Below, piece by piece: positions 35,920 through 45,931 of a DNA stretch of 64,000 nucleotides. Positions within the stretch are counted from its first letter, which is position 1. Each line of letters opens with the position of its first letter. The stretch is from an uncultured bacterium (lineage in GTDB: Bacteria; Fidelibacterota; UBA2242): positions 64,145 to 128,144 of the forward strand of contig CAZSDW010000002.1 of NCBI GenBank assembly GCA_964605705.1, in the 5' to 3' direction. The position numbers were made by a program, and so were the translations under genes. The notes below the pieces were generated by a model. That model saw nothing but the letters and a program-made list of their open reading frames with translations. It was not told the origin of the DNA and made no database searches.

Positions 35920-36823
35920 ACATCTTTATGGTCTGGAGGGAGTTCCGAAAGAGGATATTAATGCGATCCTTGATAATGCCAACTCCTTTCGTGAAGTACT
36001 GGAACGCCCGATAAAAAAAGTCCCGACCCTGAAAGGTGTTACCGTCGTCAATCTCTTTTTTGAAAATTCGACCCGGACGCGGATTTCTTTTGAATTGGCT
36101 GAAAAGCGCTTGTCAGCGGATACGGTGAACTTTTCCGCTTCCGGCAGCAGCCTTAGTAAAGGTGAAAGTCTGCGGGACACAGTCCAGAACCTGTTTGCCA
36201 TGAAAATGGATGTCGTTGTCATGCGACATCCAACACCTGGATCAGTGAAATTACTATCCCGATTTATCGATGCGGTGGTTATCAACGCAGGTGATGGTAC
36301 CCATGAACATCCTACCCAGGCGTTGCTGGATATAATGTCGCTCAAGGAAAAAACCGGTTCGCTGGAGGGACTCAATGTGGCAATTATCGGCGATATTCGA
36401 CACAGCCGGGTAGCACTGTCGAATATTTATGGTTTAAAAACCATGGGTGCCAACGTGCTCCTCTGTGGACCACCGACATTTATTCCGTATGGCGCGGAAT
36501 CATTGGGAGTGACAGTGACCCATAATCTTGATGAAGCGCTGGCGTTTGCCGATGCAATTAACGTACTGCGGATCCAGAAGGAGCGACAGGGGAAAGGGAT
36601 GATTCCGTCCATGCGTGAATATCGGAATGTTTATGGCATTACTCAGCAACGACTGAGCAAACTGAAACGTCCCATTATCATAATGCATCCGGGTCCCATT
36701 AACCGGGGTGTTGAAATCGACACTGACGTAGCGGACAGTGAGCATTCAATTATTCTGCACCAGGTACTGAATGGTGTTGCAATCAGAATGTCAGTTTTAT
36801 ATTTATTAGCAGGTGGGAGGTAG
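35903..36823 (+). CDS. pyrB: Aspartate carbamoyltransferase catalytic subunit
   Basis: STRTR carbamoyl-phosphate motif, HPTQ and HPGP motifs. Confidence 0.92.
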   Translation: MNLSIKHLYGLEGVPKEDINAILDNANSFREVLERPIKKVPTLKGVTVVNLFFENSTRTRISFELAEKRLSADTVNFSASGSSLSKGESLRDTVQNLFAMKMDVVVMRHPTPGSVKLLSRFIDAVVINAGDGTHEHPTQALLDIMSLKEKTGSLEGLNVAIIGDIRHSRVALSNIYGLKTMGANVLLCGPPTFIPYGAESLGVTVTHNLDEALAFADAINVLRIQKERQGKGMIPSMREYRNVYGITQQRLSKLKRPIIIMHPGPINRGVEIDTDVADSEHSIILHQVLNGVAIRMSVLYLLAGGR

Positions 36824-36833
36824 GAGAGCGATT

Positions 36834-38126
36834 ATGCAGACACGAAAAATAGATACAAGCATACTTTTTAAAAATGCAACCATCGTTGATCCCTTCAAAG
36901 AGGAAATATATGAAGCCGATCTTTTAATAGAAAAGGGAAAGATCAGTAAAATTGACCGCGATATCCCGGATAAGGAAGTCAGGGAAAAGGTAAATTTAAA
37001 GGGATTCTATATAGCACCCGGATTTGTCGATCTGCACGTCCATTTCCGGGAACCGGGCTATGAAAACAGCGAGACGATCGAGACCGGATGCCGGGCAGCC
37101 CTGGCAGGTGGATTTACTCAGGTCTGCTGTATGCCGAATACCGATCCCGCCATTGATACGCGTGAAACCGTTCGGTTTATCTATGAAAAAGCTGAAAAAG
37201 AGCTGGTCAATGTCTATCCGATTGCGGCTATCACCAAGGAGCGAAAGGGCGATGAACTGACTGAAATGGTGGAACTTGCCGAAGCCGGAGCTGTCGCGTT
37301 TTCGGATGATGGTTCACCCTTAAGCAATAGTCAGATTCTGCGCTATGCCCTGGAATATTCAAAAATTACCGGAAAGCCAATCATCAATCATTCCGAAGAT
37401 CCCGGCTTAAAAGGGGATGGAATTATTAATGAAGGAATCGTATCGACCCAGTTGGGGATACCGGGCAATCCGGGTATTGCCGAAGAGGTCATGATAGCCC
37501 GGGATTTGAAGATTGCGGAATTTGTCAAAGCCCGAATGCATGTGCCGCATGTTTCGACTGCCGGATCGGTGGAGTTAATTCGTCAGGCAAAAGCCCGGGG
37601 AATCGCGGTAACAGCCGAGGTGACTCCGCACCATTTTTCCCTGACCGATGAGTATATGCGGAGTTTTAATGCCAACGGTAAAGTCGCGCCACCCCTCCGG
37701 ACGGAAGCAGATCGCCAGGCACTCATCGCCGGGTTAAAAGACGGAACGATCGATGCCATCGCTACGGACCACGCACCCCATGTCGTCGATGCCAAGGAAA
37801 CCTCTCTTGACCTCGCAGCATACGGTTTGATCGGGCTTGAAACGGCGTTTGCCCTGGCACTGACTCACCTGGTTCATCCGAAATTGCTGACATTGATGGA
37901 GCTGGTCAAACTGCTGACAACGAAACCCGCCGCGCTGATGCAACTGCCCTTATCGGAGATCAAGATCGGTACTGATGCTAATTTCACGATCTTCAACATC
38001 AATGAATGGTGGGTGTTCGGTGCTCAGAATATTTACTCGAAATCGCACAATTCACCCTTCATTGGGAATGAGTTTACAGGACGGGTAAAGGGAGTCTTCA
38101 CAAAGTCCCATTATACCAGTATTTAG
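36834..38126 (+). CDS. pyrC: Dihydroorotase (ATG at 36834 after SD GGAGGTAGGAGAG; the ORF track starts at 36813)
   Basis: Amidohydrolase metal ligands DLHVHFREPG, zinc-ligand His/Asp pattern. Confidence 0.9.
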   Translation: MQTRKIDTSILFKNATIVDPFKEEIYEADLLIEKGKISKIDRDIPDKEVREKVNLKGFYIAPGFVDLHVHFREPGYENSETIETGCRAALAGGFTQVCCMPNTDPAIDTRETVRFIYEKAEKELVNVYPIAAITKERKGDELTEMVELAEAGAVAFSDDGSPLSNSQILRYALEYSKITGKPIINHSEDPGLKGDGIINEGIVSTQLGIPGNPGIAEEVMIARDLKIAEFVKARMHVPHVSTAGSVELIRQAKARGIAVTAEVTPHHFSLTDEYMRSFNANGKVAPPLRTEADRQALIAGLKDGTIDAIATDHAPHVVDAKETSLDLAAYGLIGLETAFALALTHLVHPKLLTLMELVKLLTTKPAALMQLPLSEIKIGTDANFTIFNINEWWVFGAQNIYSKSHNSPFIGNEFTGRVKGVFTKSHYTSI

Positions 38127-38215
38127 CTCAAGCTCTCGCCTTAAAAAAATCTTGATTATGTAATTGTCGGATTGTAAGTTTACCCGCTGTTTTAACTGAA
38201 GGTATGAGAGAAGGA

Positions 38216-38653
38216 ATGTACAAGACATATTATCCGAAACTTAATGAAATTAATCAGAAATGGTATGTAGTTGATGCCGAGGGCAAAGCACTGGGTCGTC
38301 TTTCCAGCCAGGTTGCCTCAATCCTCAGAGGCAAAAATAAACCATATTATACTCCACATATGGATACCGGTGATTTCGTGGTGGTGATTAACGCCGAGAA
38401 GATCAGAATGACCGGACGTAAAGCCGAAACCAAAAAGTATTTTACCCATTCCGGTTATATTGGTGGCGGGCGATTTGAGAGCTACCGCGAAGCAATGGGA
38501 AAACATCCGGAAGAAATTATCGGTCGTGCCGTCAAGGGAATGCTGCCGCGGAATACATTAGGCAGGAAGTTATTCAGGAAATTAAAAGTCTATGCCGGTC
38601 CGGAACATCCGCACGAGGCTCAACAACCCGAACCACTTGAAATAAAAGGATAA
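38216..38653 (+). CDS. rplM: 50S ribosomal protein L13
   Basis: MYKTYYPK...WYVVDAEGKALGRL... Confidence 0.93.
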   Translation: MYKTYYPKLNEINQKWYVVDAEGKALGRLSSQVASILRGKNKPYYTPHMDTGDFVVVINAEKIRMTGRKAETKKYFTHSGYIGGGRFESYREAMGKHPEEIIGRAVKGMLPRNTLGRKLFRKLKVYAGPEHPHEAQQPEPLEIKG

Positions 38654-38660
38654 TCAGAAT

Positions 38661-39053
38661 ATGCCAAAATTAGAATATGTTTCGCTTGGACGTCGGAAAC
38701 GCGCGGTTGCCCGTTTAAGAATGTCAGCCGGCGACGGGAATATCATCATCAACAAACGCTCTATTGATGATTATTTTGGACGCGAGAACCTGAAGCAGAT
38801 TATCCGGCAGCCCCTTGAAATTTGTGATGCTGTTGGACAGTTTGATATTCGGATTAATGTCAATGGCGGTGGTCTTGCCGGTCAGGCTGGGGCGATAAAA
38901 TTAGCCGTTGCCCGCGCTCTGGAAAAATTTGATCCTGAATTACGCCAGAAATTAAAACCAGCCGGATTTCTGACGAGAGACGCAAGAGTTACCGAACGAA
39001 AGAAGTACGGTCTTGCCGGTGCTCGTCGGGCATACCAGTTCTCCAAACGTTAA
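38661..39053 (+). CDS. rpsI: 30S ribosomal protein S9
   Basis: GRRKRAVARL N-terminus and C-terminal ARRAYQFSKR. Confidence 0.93.
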   Translation: MPKLEYVSLGRRKRAVARLRMSAGDGNIIINKRSIDDYFGRENLKQIIRQPLEICDAVGQFDIRINVNGGGLAGQAGAIKLAVARALEKFDPELRQKLKPAGFLTRDARVTERKKYGLAGARRAYQFSKR

Positions 39054-39073
39054 TAGAAGAAAGATAGACTTTA

Positions 39074-39810
39074 TGAGCAACGTAACATTCGAACAACTCT
39101 GGAAATCAGGCGCCCACTTTGGTCATTTGACCCGAAAATGGAATCCCAAAATGAAAGAATATATCTTCATGTCCAAAAACGGGATCCATATTATTGATTT
39201 AAAAAGAACTGTAGAATGTCTTGATGAAGCCAGCCGTTTTATTCGTGAAACCGTTCGCAAAGGTGGCGATGTCCTTTTTGTTGGCACCAAGAAACAAGCG
39301 AAAGATATTATTCAGAAAGAAGCCGACCGCGCTGGTATGTTTTATGTCGTTGAGCGCTGGTTGGGTGGCACTCTGACAAACTTTTCGACAATCAAAAAAA
39401 GTATCCGCCATCTGCAGAAACTGGAAAAGGATAAATCATCCGGATATGGTGAAAATTTTACCAAAAAAGAAAAACTTTCACTCGAGAGAGAACGAGTAAA
39501 ATTAGCCGATCTGCATCGTGGTATCAAAGATATGAAACGTATTCCGGATGTTCTGATCGTTGTCGATATTTTACATGATGATATTGCGGTCAAAGAAGCC
39601 AAACGTCTTGATATTCCGGTTGTTGCCATTCTGGATACCAATGCTGATCCAAGCGAAGTGGATTTTCCGATTCCGGCGAATGATGATTCTATTCAGACGA
39701 TCCAGTTGCTGATCACTGAATTGGCAAATGCGATCCTGGAAGCCAAAAGTTCACGACTGGTCGATGTGCCTTCAGCCGCCTCAGAAGAACCGGGAACATC
39801 TGCTAGTTAA
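39074..39810 (+). CDS. rpsB: 30S ribosomal protein S2
   Basis: MSNVTFEQLWKSGAHFGH N-terminus; start placed after the rpsI stop. Confidence 0.93.
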
Positions 39811-39832
39811 TTCTGAAAGGATACGATAGAAA

Positions 39833-40435
39833 ATGCAAATTTCTGCAACACAAGTTAAAGAGCTGAGAGATAGAACCGGTATCGGTATGATGGATTGTAA
39901 AGCCGCTCTTGTTGAATCCGAAGGGGATATTGAAAAAGCGATCGATATCCTGCGGAAAAAAGGAAAAGCCAAAGCTGAGAAAAAAGCCAGTCGTGCCGCG
40001 ACTGACGGTCTGATCTGGTCTTATATTCACCCCGGTAACAAACTGGGTGTACTCATCGAAGTCAACTGTGAAACCGACTTTGTTGCCAAGACTGACGATT
40101 TTCAAAACTTCGTAAATGATGTCGCCATGCATATTGCCGCGACCAGCCCGGCGGCTATCCGGCGTGAGGAAATCGATGCAAATATCGTTGCTAAGGAACG
40201 GGAAATCTACCTGGAACAAGTCCGTAACCAGAATAAACCCGAAAATATTCTCGAGAAAATCGTTGATGGGAAAATGAATAAATTTTACCAGGAAAATTGT
40301 CTCCTGGAACAGGCTTTTGTTAAAGATCCGCAAAAATCAATCAAAGATTACCTGACCGAAACAATTGCCCGAATTGGTGAAAATATCAACATTACGCGTT
40401 TTGTTCGCTTTCAATTGGGTGAAAATCTCCAATAA
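39833..40435 (+). CDS. tsf: Elongation factor Ts (short ~200-aa form)
   Basis: UBA-like N-terminus VKELRDRTGIGMMDCKAAL. Confidence 0.92.
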   Translation: MQISATQVKELRDRTGIGMMDCKAALVESEGDIEKAIDILRKKGKAKAEKKASRAATDGLIWSYIHPGNKLGVLIEVNCETDFVAKTDDFQNFVNDVAMHIAATSPAAIRREEIDANIVAKEREIYLEQVRNQNKPENILEKIVDGKMNKFYQENCLLEQAFVKDPQKSIKDYLTETIARIGENINITRFVRFQLGENLQ

Positions 40436-40464
40436 AAATTCCTGTTTAAATAATTATTATTTAA

Positions 40465-41190
40465 ATGTCTAAATCTAAATACCAGCGTGTGTTACTGAAA
40501 TTTTCAGGAGAGGCGCTTGCCGGTGAAAAAGGCACGGGTATCGATCCGGCTACTCTGGATTATCTCTGCACCGAAATTATTTCCGCGAAGGAACTCGGGC
40601 TGGAGATAGGTATTGTCCTCGGAGGCGGTAATATATTCCGTGGTCTTGCCGCAAGTGAACGTGGTATGGATCGAGTTAAAGCGGACTATATGGGCATGCT
40701 GGCGACGGTGATCAATGCCCTTGCAGTTCAGGATGCGCTGGAATCCAGAGGACAGAAAGTCATTGTCATGTCTGCCATCCAGATGATCGATGTCGCCGAA
40801 CCAATGGTTATTCGTAAAGCGGTTAAATATTTGCAAAGTGGTTACTTAGTCATTTTCAGTGCCGGGACCGGACGACCTTTTTTCAGCACGGATACAGGAG
40901 CAGCACTGAGAGCGGTCGAGATTCATGCCGACGCAATTATCAAAGCCACCAAAGTCGATGGTGTCTATGATAAAGACCCGGTGAAACATGCTGATGCAAA
41001 ATTTTATCGCGATCTCAGCTATCAGACCGCTGTAGAGAAGCAACTGAAAGTGATGGACCTGACAGCGATCACTTTGTGTCAGGATAATAAATTGGATATC
41101 CTGGTCTATAATATGAAAAAAAAGGGCAATCTTCGCCGATTATTAATGGGAGAAAATATAGGTACAATAATTTCCGGGAGTAAGTCATGA
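40465..41190 (+). CDS. pyrH: UMP kinase
   Basis: RVLLKFSGEAL and amino-acid-kinase fold motifs. Confidence 0.92.
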   Translation: MSKSKYQRVLLKFSGEALAGEKGTGIDPATLDYLCTEIISAKELGLEIGIVLGGGNIFRGLAASERGMDRVKADYMGMLATVINALAVQDALESRGQKVIVMSAIQMIDVAEPMVIRKAVKYLQSGYLVIFSAGTGRPFFSTDTGAALRAVEIHADAIIKATKVDGVYDKDPVKHADAKFYRDLSYQTAVEKQLKVMDLTAITLCQDNKLDILVYNMKKKGNLRRLLMGENIGTIISGSKS

Positions 41191-41744
41191 TAGACGAAAT
41201 TTTAAAAGATGCTGAACACCGTATGCGGAAAAGTGTCGAAGCAACACACCATGAACTGGCTGCAATCCGTACCGGCAGGGCAAATCCCGGAATCCTTGAT
41301 TCGATAAAAGTTGATTATTATGGATCCCTGACTCCACTGAAGCAAATTGCGAATGTCGCAGCACCTGATCCACGGCTGCTGGTAGTCCAGGTATTTGATA
41401 GAAATGCCATAGCGGCTGTCGATAAAGCGATTAAGGCGGCTGATCTTGGATTAAATCCGCAGGCGGATGGTAATCTGTTGCGGCTGCCGATTCCACCCTT
41501 GACTGAAGAACGCCGGCGGGAGCTGGTCAAATTTGGTCACAAAATTTCTGAAGAGGGGAAAATCGCCGTTCGTAACATACGTCGGGATGCTAATGATTTA
41601 ATCAGGGAACTGGAAAAAGAGAGCGAAATTTCCAAGGATCAGAGCCACGATGCACAGGAAAATATTCAGGAAATCACCGATGAGTTTATCGGGGAAATCG
41701 ACACTCTATTCAGGGAAAAAGAGAAAAATATTATGGATGAATAA
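41187..41744 (+). CDS. frr: Ribosome recycling factor
   Basis: 185 aa, conserved RRF core (VRNIRRDAND). Confidence 0.92.
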   Translation: MIDEILKDAEHRMRKSVEATHHELAAIRTGRANPGILDSIKVDYYGSLTPLKQIANVAAPDPRLLVVQVFDRNAIAAVDKAIKAADLGLNPQADGNLLRLPIPPLTEERRRELVKFGHKISEEGKIAVRNIRRDANDLIRELEKESEISKDQSHDAQENIQEITDEFIGEIDTLFREKEKNIMDE

Positions 41745-41760
41745 GATTTCGACTGATAAT

Positions 41761-41795
41761 AAAAAAGGGCTTCTGCAGAAGCCCTTTTTTATTTT
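41761..41795. terminator. Bidirectional intrinsic terminator between convergent frr and nrdJ
   Basis: AAAAAA-GGGCTTC-tgca-GAAGCCC-TTTTTTATTTT. Confidence 0.8.
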
Positions 41796-41810
41796 AATGG
41801 AATTATCACT

Positions 41811-44225
41811 TTAGCATTTTGAGAAGCCGCAAGAAGTACAGGTTACACAGCCGCTTTCATGATAGACGGAGGCACCGCAATCCGGACAGGTTGTGATGGT
41901 TTTTTTATTGTCAACCTGTAATTTATTACCACTATTCAGCGATACCTTTTCAGCAGCATTTTCAGGAACAACATCTTTAAATACAAATTGTGGTTGTGCA
42001 GGGGCTCCCTTTTTCTTGCCTTCACGTTCTTCCAGGTACCACTCGAGTGCTTTTGCAATGGCATCCGGTGTGGATAAAATTTGAGTACCGTTTTCCCAGA
42101 TCGGGCTTGGTCCGCCAATTCCTTTCAGCTGTTTAATAACATCGCGCGTATCGATACCGGAACGGAGTGCCAGCGATATCAGACGACTGATGGCTTCGGA
42201 TTCAACCTGTGCCTGGCTACCGGCTTTGCCGATATTTGTGAATACTTCACAAAGACCGGTTTCATCTTCGTTGATTGTGACATAGAGTGTCCCCAGTCCG
42301 GTTCTGATGCGTTTGGTTACGCCGCGCGTATCCTGTGGACGAACACGGGGGTGAATCTGGTTATCATGATAGATCACTTTTGTTATAGTTTCGGTCGCAC
42401 TGGACTTTTGAGTCGCTTTATCACCAATATAAAGGACCTGTTCATCCCGGCTGCCGTCGCGATAGATTGTGATACCCTTACAATCGGCTTCATAAGCTAA
42501 CCAGTAAGCGTCCATAACATCCTGAACAGATGCGGATTTTGGGAAATTACAGGTTTTTGAAACAGCTGCATCCGTCCATTTTTGAAATGCTGCCTGCATC
42601 CGTACATGCCATTCCGGAGTGATATCGTGGGCAGTGACAAAAAGTTTTTTAATCGCGTTGGGGATTTCTTCCATGTGCTGAATCGTTCCCTTTTCAGCAA
42701 CTTTCTTCATCAGTTCTTCTGAATAGATACCGGCATCTTTGCAGGCTTGTTCAAAGTATGGGTTAACATAGAGTAGATTCGTTCCATCCATAACCCGCTT
42801 GGTAAATACCAGAGAAAAAGCCGGTTCGATTCCACTACTACAATCTGCCAGCATGGAAATTGTGCCGGTCGGTGCGATAGTCGTAAAAGTGGAATTCCGC
42901 AGTTTTGGTCCGTCCGGGAAATAGATACTGTCATTCCAGGCTGGAAATGTTCCCCGACTTTCTCCGAGCCGGATGCTTGCATCACGGGCTGATTTATAAA
43001 CATGACTCATCATTTCATCGGCGAGTTGCAAAGCTTCTTCCGAATTATAGGGAATTTTTAATTTGAAAAGCACATCGGCAAATCCCATCACTCCTAAACC
43101 GATTTTACGACTTTTTTTGACCATCGTATCGATTTTTTTCAATGGGTATCGGTTCACGTCAATGACATTATCGAGAAAGTGGATGGTCGTATCAATGGTT
43201 TCAGTCAGGCGGTCATAATCAATTTTTCTGTCGGTAACAAAATTTGCCAGATTAATCGATCCCAGGTTGCAGGCTTCGTGGGGCAGAAGTGGTTGTTCTC
43301 CGCAGGGATTGGTGGCTTCGATGTCGCCCAGCTTTGGGGTGGGATTCATTTTATTAATTTTGTCAATAAATACCACTCCCGGGTCACCATTCGCCCAGGC
43401 ATTCCGCGCGATCAGTTTGAACACATCCGCGGCATTCAGAGTACCGGCGACACTTCCATCGGTCGGATTGATTAACTCATATTGCTCGCGTTTCCTGACC
43501 TTTTCCATAAAGTCATCAGTCACAGCGACGGATATATTGAAATTTGTCAGATCGGTATTATTTTTTTTACAGTCAATAAATTCGAGAATGTCCGGGTGAT
43601 CGACACGCAGAATACCCATATTGGCGCCCCGCCGCGTGCCGCCCTGTTTGACTGCTTCGGTGGAAGCATTATAGACTTTCATAAAGGAGACCGGACCGCT
43701 GGCAACTCCACTGGTCGTTTTGACAATACTCTTTTTGGGACGAATACGACTGAATGAAAATCCGGTACCGCCGCCACTTTTATGGATTAACGCAGTATCC
43801 TTAAGTGTCTGGAAAATAGATTCCATGGAGTCGTCGATTGGTAAAACAAAACAGGCAGATAATTGACCCAGCTCGCGACCGGCGTTCATAATAGTAGGGG
43901 AATTGGGCAGAAAATCCTTATTAAACAGCATCTGGTAAAATTTTTCAGCGGTCTTTATAACATTGGATTTGCTGGTATAGGCAGCGTCGGCTTCGGCGAT
44001 CGCATTTGAAATTCGACGCAGCAAATCATCCGGTGTTTCAATTGGTTTACCGGCTTTGTCTCGCATCAGGTAGCGACGTCTGAGCACTTCAACGGCATTC
44101 TCAGAAAAAACAGGTTCCGGTTCTGCGACCGATTTAGGAACGGAAACAGATACATTTGCCTGAGAAATGTCGCCTGAATTGTCCGTTTTTGAAGATTCGA
44201 AATTGAGTACAATTGGCTCAGACAT
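41811..44225 (-). CDS. nrdJ: Class II (adenosylcobalamin-dependent) ribonucleotide reductase
   Basis: 804 aa monomeric RNR with catalytic NPCGE and C-terminal Cys zinc-ribbon (TCPDCGAS...CVTCTSCGFSKC). Confidence 0.88.
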   Translation of the reverse strand: MSEPIVLNFESSKTDNSGDISQANVSVSVPKSVAEPEPVFSENAVEVLRRRYLMRDKAGKPIETPDDLLRRISNAIAEADAAYTSKSNVIKTAEKFYQMLFNKDFLPNSPTIMNAGRELGQLSACFVLPIDDSMESIFQTLKDTALIHKSGGGTGFSFSRIRPKKSIVKTTSGVASGPVSFMKVYNASTEAVKQGGTRRGANMGILRVDHPDILEFIDCKKNNTDLTNFNISVAVTDDFMEKVRKREQYELINPTDGSVAGTLNAADVFKLIARNAWANGDPGVVFIDKINKMNPTPKLGDIEATNPCGEQPLLPHEACNLGSINLANFVTDRKIDYDRLTETIDTTIHFLDNVIDVNRYPLKKIDTMVKKSRKIGLGVMGFADVLFKLKIPYNSEEALQLADEMMSHVYKSARDASIRLGESRGTFPAWNDSIYFPDGPKLRNSTFTTIAPTGTISMLADCSSGIEPAFSLVFTKRVMDGTNLLYVNPYFEQACKDAGIYSEELMKKVAEKGTIQHMEEIPNAIKKLFVTAHDITPEWHVRMQAAFQKWTDAAVSKTCNFPKSASVQDVMDAYWLAYEADCKGITIYRDGSRDEQVLYIGDKATQKSSATETITKVIYHDNQIHPRVRPQDTRGVTKRIRTGLGTLYVTINEDETGLCEVFTNIGKAGSQAQVESEAISRLISLALRSGIDTRDVIKQLKGIGGPSPIWENGTQILSTPDAIAKALEWYLEEREGKKKGAPAQPQFVFKDVVPENAAEKVSLNSGNKLQVDNKKTITTCPDCGASVYHESGCVTCTSCGFSKC

Positions 44226-44330
44226 TAAAAAAAACTCCTTAGAAAGATTTATATAATTTGGCGATTGCCATTAAACGCATTTATCAACCATTGTGAATAT
44301 AAAAATATGCGTTTAATATGTCAAGGCAAA

Positions 44331-44346
44331 ACACAATATTTTGTGT
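44331..44346. promoter_or_regulatory. Candidate NrdR box upstream of nrdJ
   Basis: ACACAATATTTTGTGT, one mismatch from a perfect 16-bp palindrome of the acaCwAtATaTwGtgt type, ~105 bp upstream of the nrdJ start. Confidence 0.45.
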
Positions 44347-44512
44347 TTATCGACGAGCAAAACCCCAAATTCTTGTTAATATTCAATTAATAAAGTTTGT
44401 GTAAAATTGGACGAATATTTTAGCGTCGAGGAGAAAAGAATACTTTGATCAAATCCTTAAAATGATTTTGAAAATAGTTAGATACTATTAAATTATTTTC
44501 GCTCTTTAAAAT

Positions 44513-44586
44513 GCGGGTGTAGTTCAATGGCAGAACACCAGCTTCCCAAGCTGGACACGAGGGTTCGATTCCCTTCACCCGCTCCA
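44513..44586 (+). tRNA. tRNA-Gly (anticodon CCC), CCA encoded
   Basis: Cloverleaf folds by hand: acceptor GCGGGTG/CACCCGC, D-arm GTTCAATGGCAGAAC, anticodon stem CCAGC/GCTGG with loop TTCCCAA, T-arm GAGGG-TTCGATT-CCCTT. Confidence 0.85.
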
Positions 44587-44644
44587 ATATTCACAACTGA
44601 TGTCTTCAATTTTAATATACAATAGACTCTTATAAGAAATTCCA

Positions 44645-45931
44645 ATGCTGAAAATAACTTCAATTGAAAGTGGCGGCTTGGCAGAATTTTCCGGTCTCCG
44701 GGAAGGGGATAAGCTGATTTCGATAAATAATCAGGCTATCAATGATCTGCTGGACTTTTATTTTCATCAGGCTGACGAACACCTGGATATTATTTACGAT
44801 CGGGAGCGTCAACGCCAACAGGTGACAATTCAAAAAAACTATGAAAACAATCTGGGCATAGATGTTGAAGATTTCAAGATTAAACGTTGTTCAAATAATT
44901 GCATATTTTGTTTTATTAAGCAGAATCCGAAACACCTGCGCCGACAGATATACTTTTGCGACGAGGACTACCGCTACTCATTTCTCTATGGTAATTACAT
45001 AACCTTGACCGATATTGGGGCAGAGGAGCTGGATCGGATTGTTACCCAGCGGCTGTCACCCTTATATATTTCAGTGCATGCCACGGATCCGGATGTCAGG
45101 CGTTTGATTTTCAGACTTGAAAACGATGACCACTTGATGAAGAAAATCGAATTTTTAACCAGACACCGAATCGAACTCCACACCCAGGTAGTGCTGGTGC
45201 CGGATGTAAATGATGGTGACATCCTCAATCGAACGATAAAAGACCTTTACCATTATAAACGTTCGATAAAAACGCTGGCGATTGTGCCGGTGGGATTGAC
45301 AAAGCATCGCAAACATTTGCCGTCGATTCATCCGGTTTCAGCGGAATTGGCAACGACGCTGGTTGAACTTTCCGAATCATGGGATCGGAGATTTCGGAAT
45401 ATTGACGACGAGCCGTTTGTCTATCTGTCCGATGAATTTTACCTGCTGGCGGAGCGCTCTTTTCCGCTGACGGAACATTATGGTCCTTATCACCAGATTG
45501 AAAACGGTGTCGGGCTCTGCCGTCAGCTGATCGATACGATTAAGGAAAGCAGTCAGGATTTTCCCAAAGCGCTAGCTGAACCACGAAAAATTGCCCTGAT
45601 AACCGGCAAATCCGCGACACCGGTGCTCCGGGAATATGTATTGCCATATTTAAATAAGATTACTAAGCTTACAGCCGAGCTGATTACGGTTACCAATAAT
45701 TTCTTTGGTGAAACTGTAACAGTGTCGGGATTATTGACAGCCGGTGATATCATCGCTCAGTTTCCCGAGAAGGGCAGTTATGATTGTATCTATTTACCAC
45801 CGAACTGTATCAATGATAATGGTGTGTTGTTAGATGATAAAAAACCGGTTGATATTGAAAAATTTCTTGGCATACCGGTCAAAATCGGTAGCGATGATTT
45901 TTATAGAATTGTGAGAGACGGTGAAAAGTGA
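44645..45931 (+). CDS. PDZ-domain radical-SAM protein (DUF512-type) upstream of der
   Basis: N-terminal PDZ-like region, CSNNCIFC (CX3CX2C) cluster motif, C-terminal DUF512-like region; conserved neighbour of der in several lineages. Confidence 0.65.
   Translation: MLKITSIESGGLAEFSGLREGDKLISINNQAINDLLDFYFHQADEHLDIIYDRERQRQQVTIQKNYENNLGIDVEDFKIKRCSNNCIFCFIKQNPKHLRRQIYFCDEDYRYSFLYGNYITLTDIGAEELDRIVTQRLSPLYISVHATDPDVRRLIFRLENDDHLMKKIEFLTRHRIELHTQVVLVPDVNDGDILNRTIKDLYHYKRSIKTLAIVPVGLTKHRKHLPSIHPVSAELATTLVELSESWDRRFRNIDDEPFVYLSDEFYLLAERSFPLTEHYGPYHQIENGVGLCRQLIDTIKESSQDFPKALAEPRKIALITGKSATPVLREYVLPYLNKITKLTAELITVTNNFFGETVTVSGLLTAGDIIAQFPEKGSYDCIYLPPNCINDNGVLLDDKKPVDIEKFLGIPVKIGSDDFYRIVRDGEK

Noticed and set aside
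44226-44512. Cobalamin riboswitch upstream of nrdJ
   Set aside because: No B12-box-like conserved core (rAGYCMGgAgaCCkGCc type) could be recognised. Class II RNR genes are typically NrdR-regulated rather than riboswitch-controlled.
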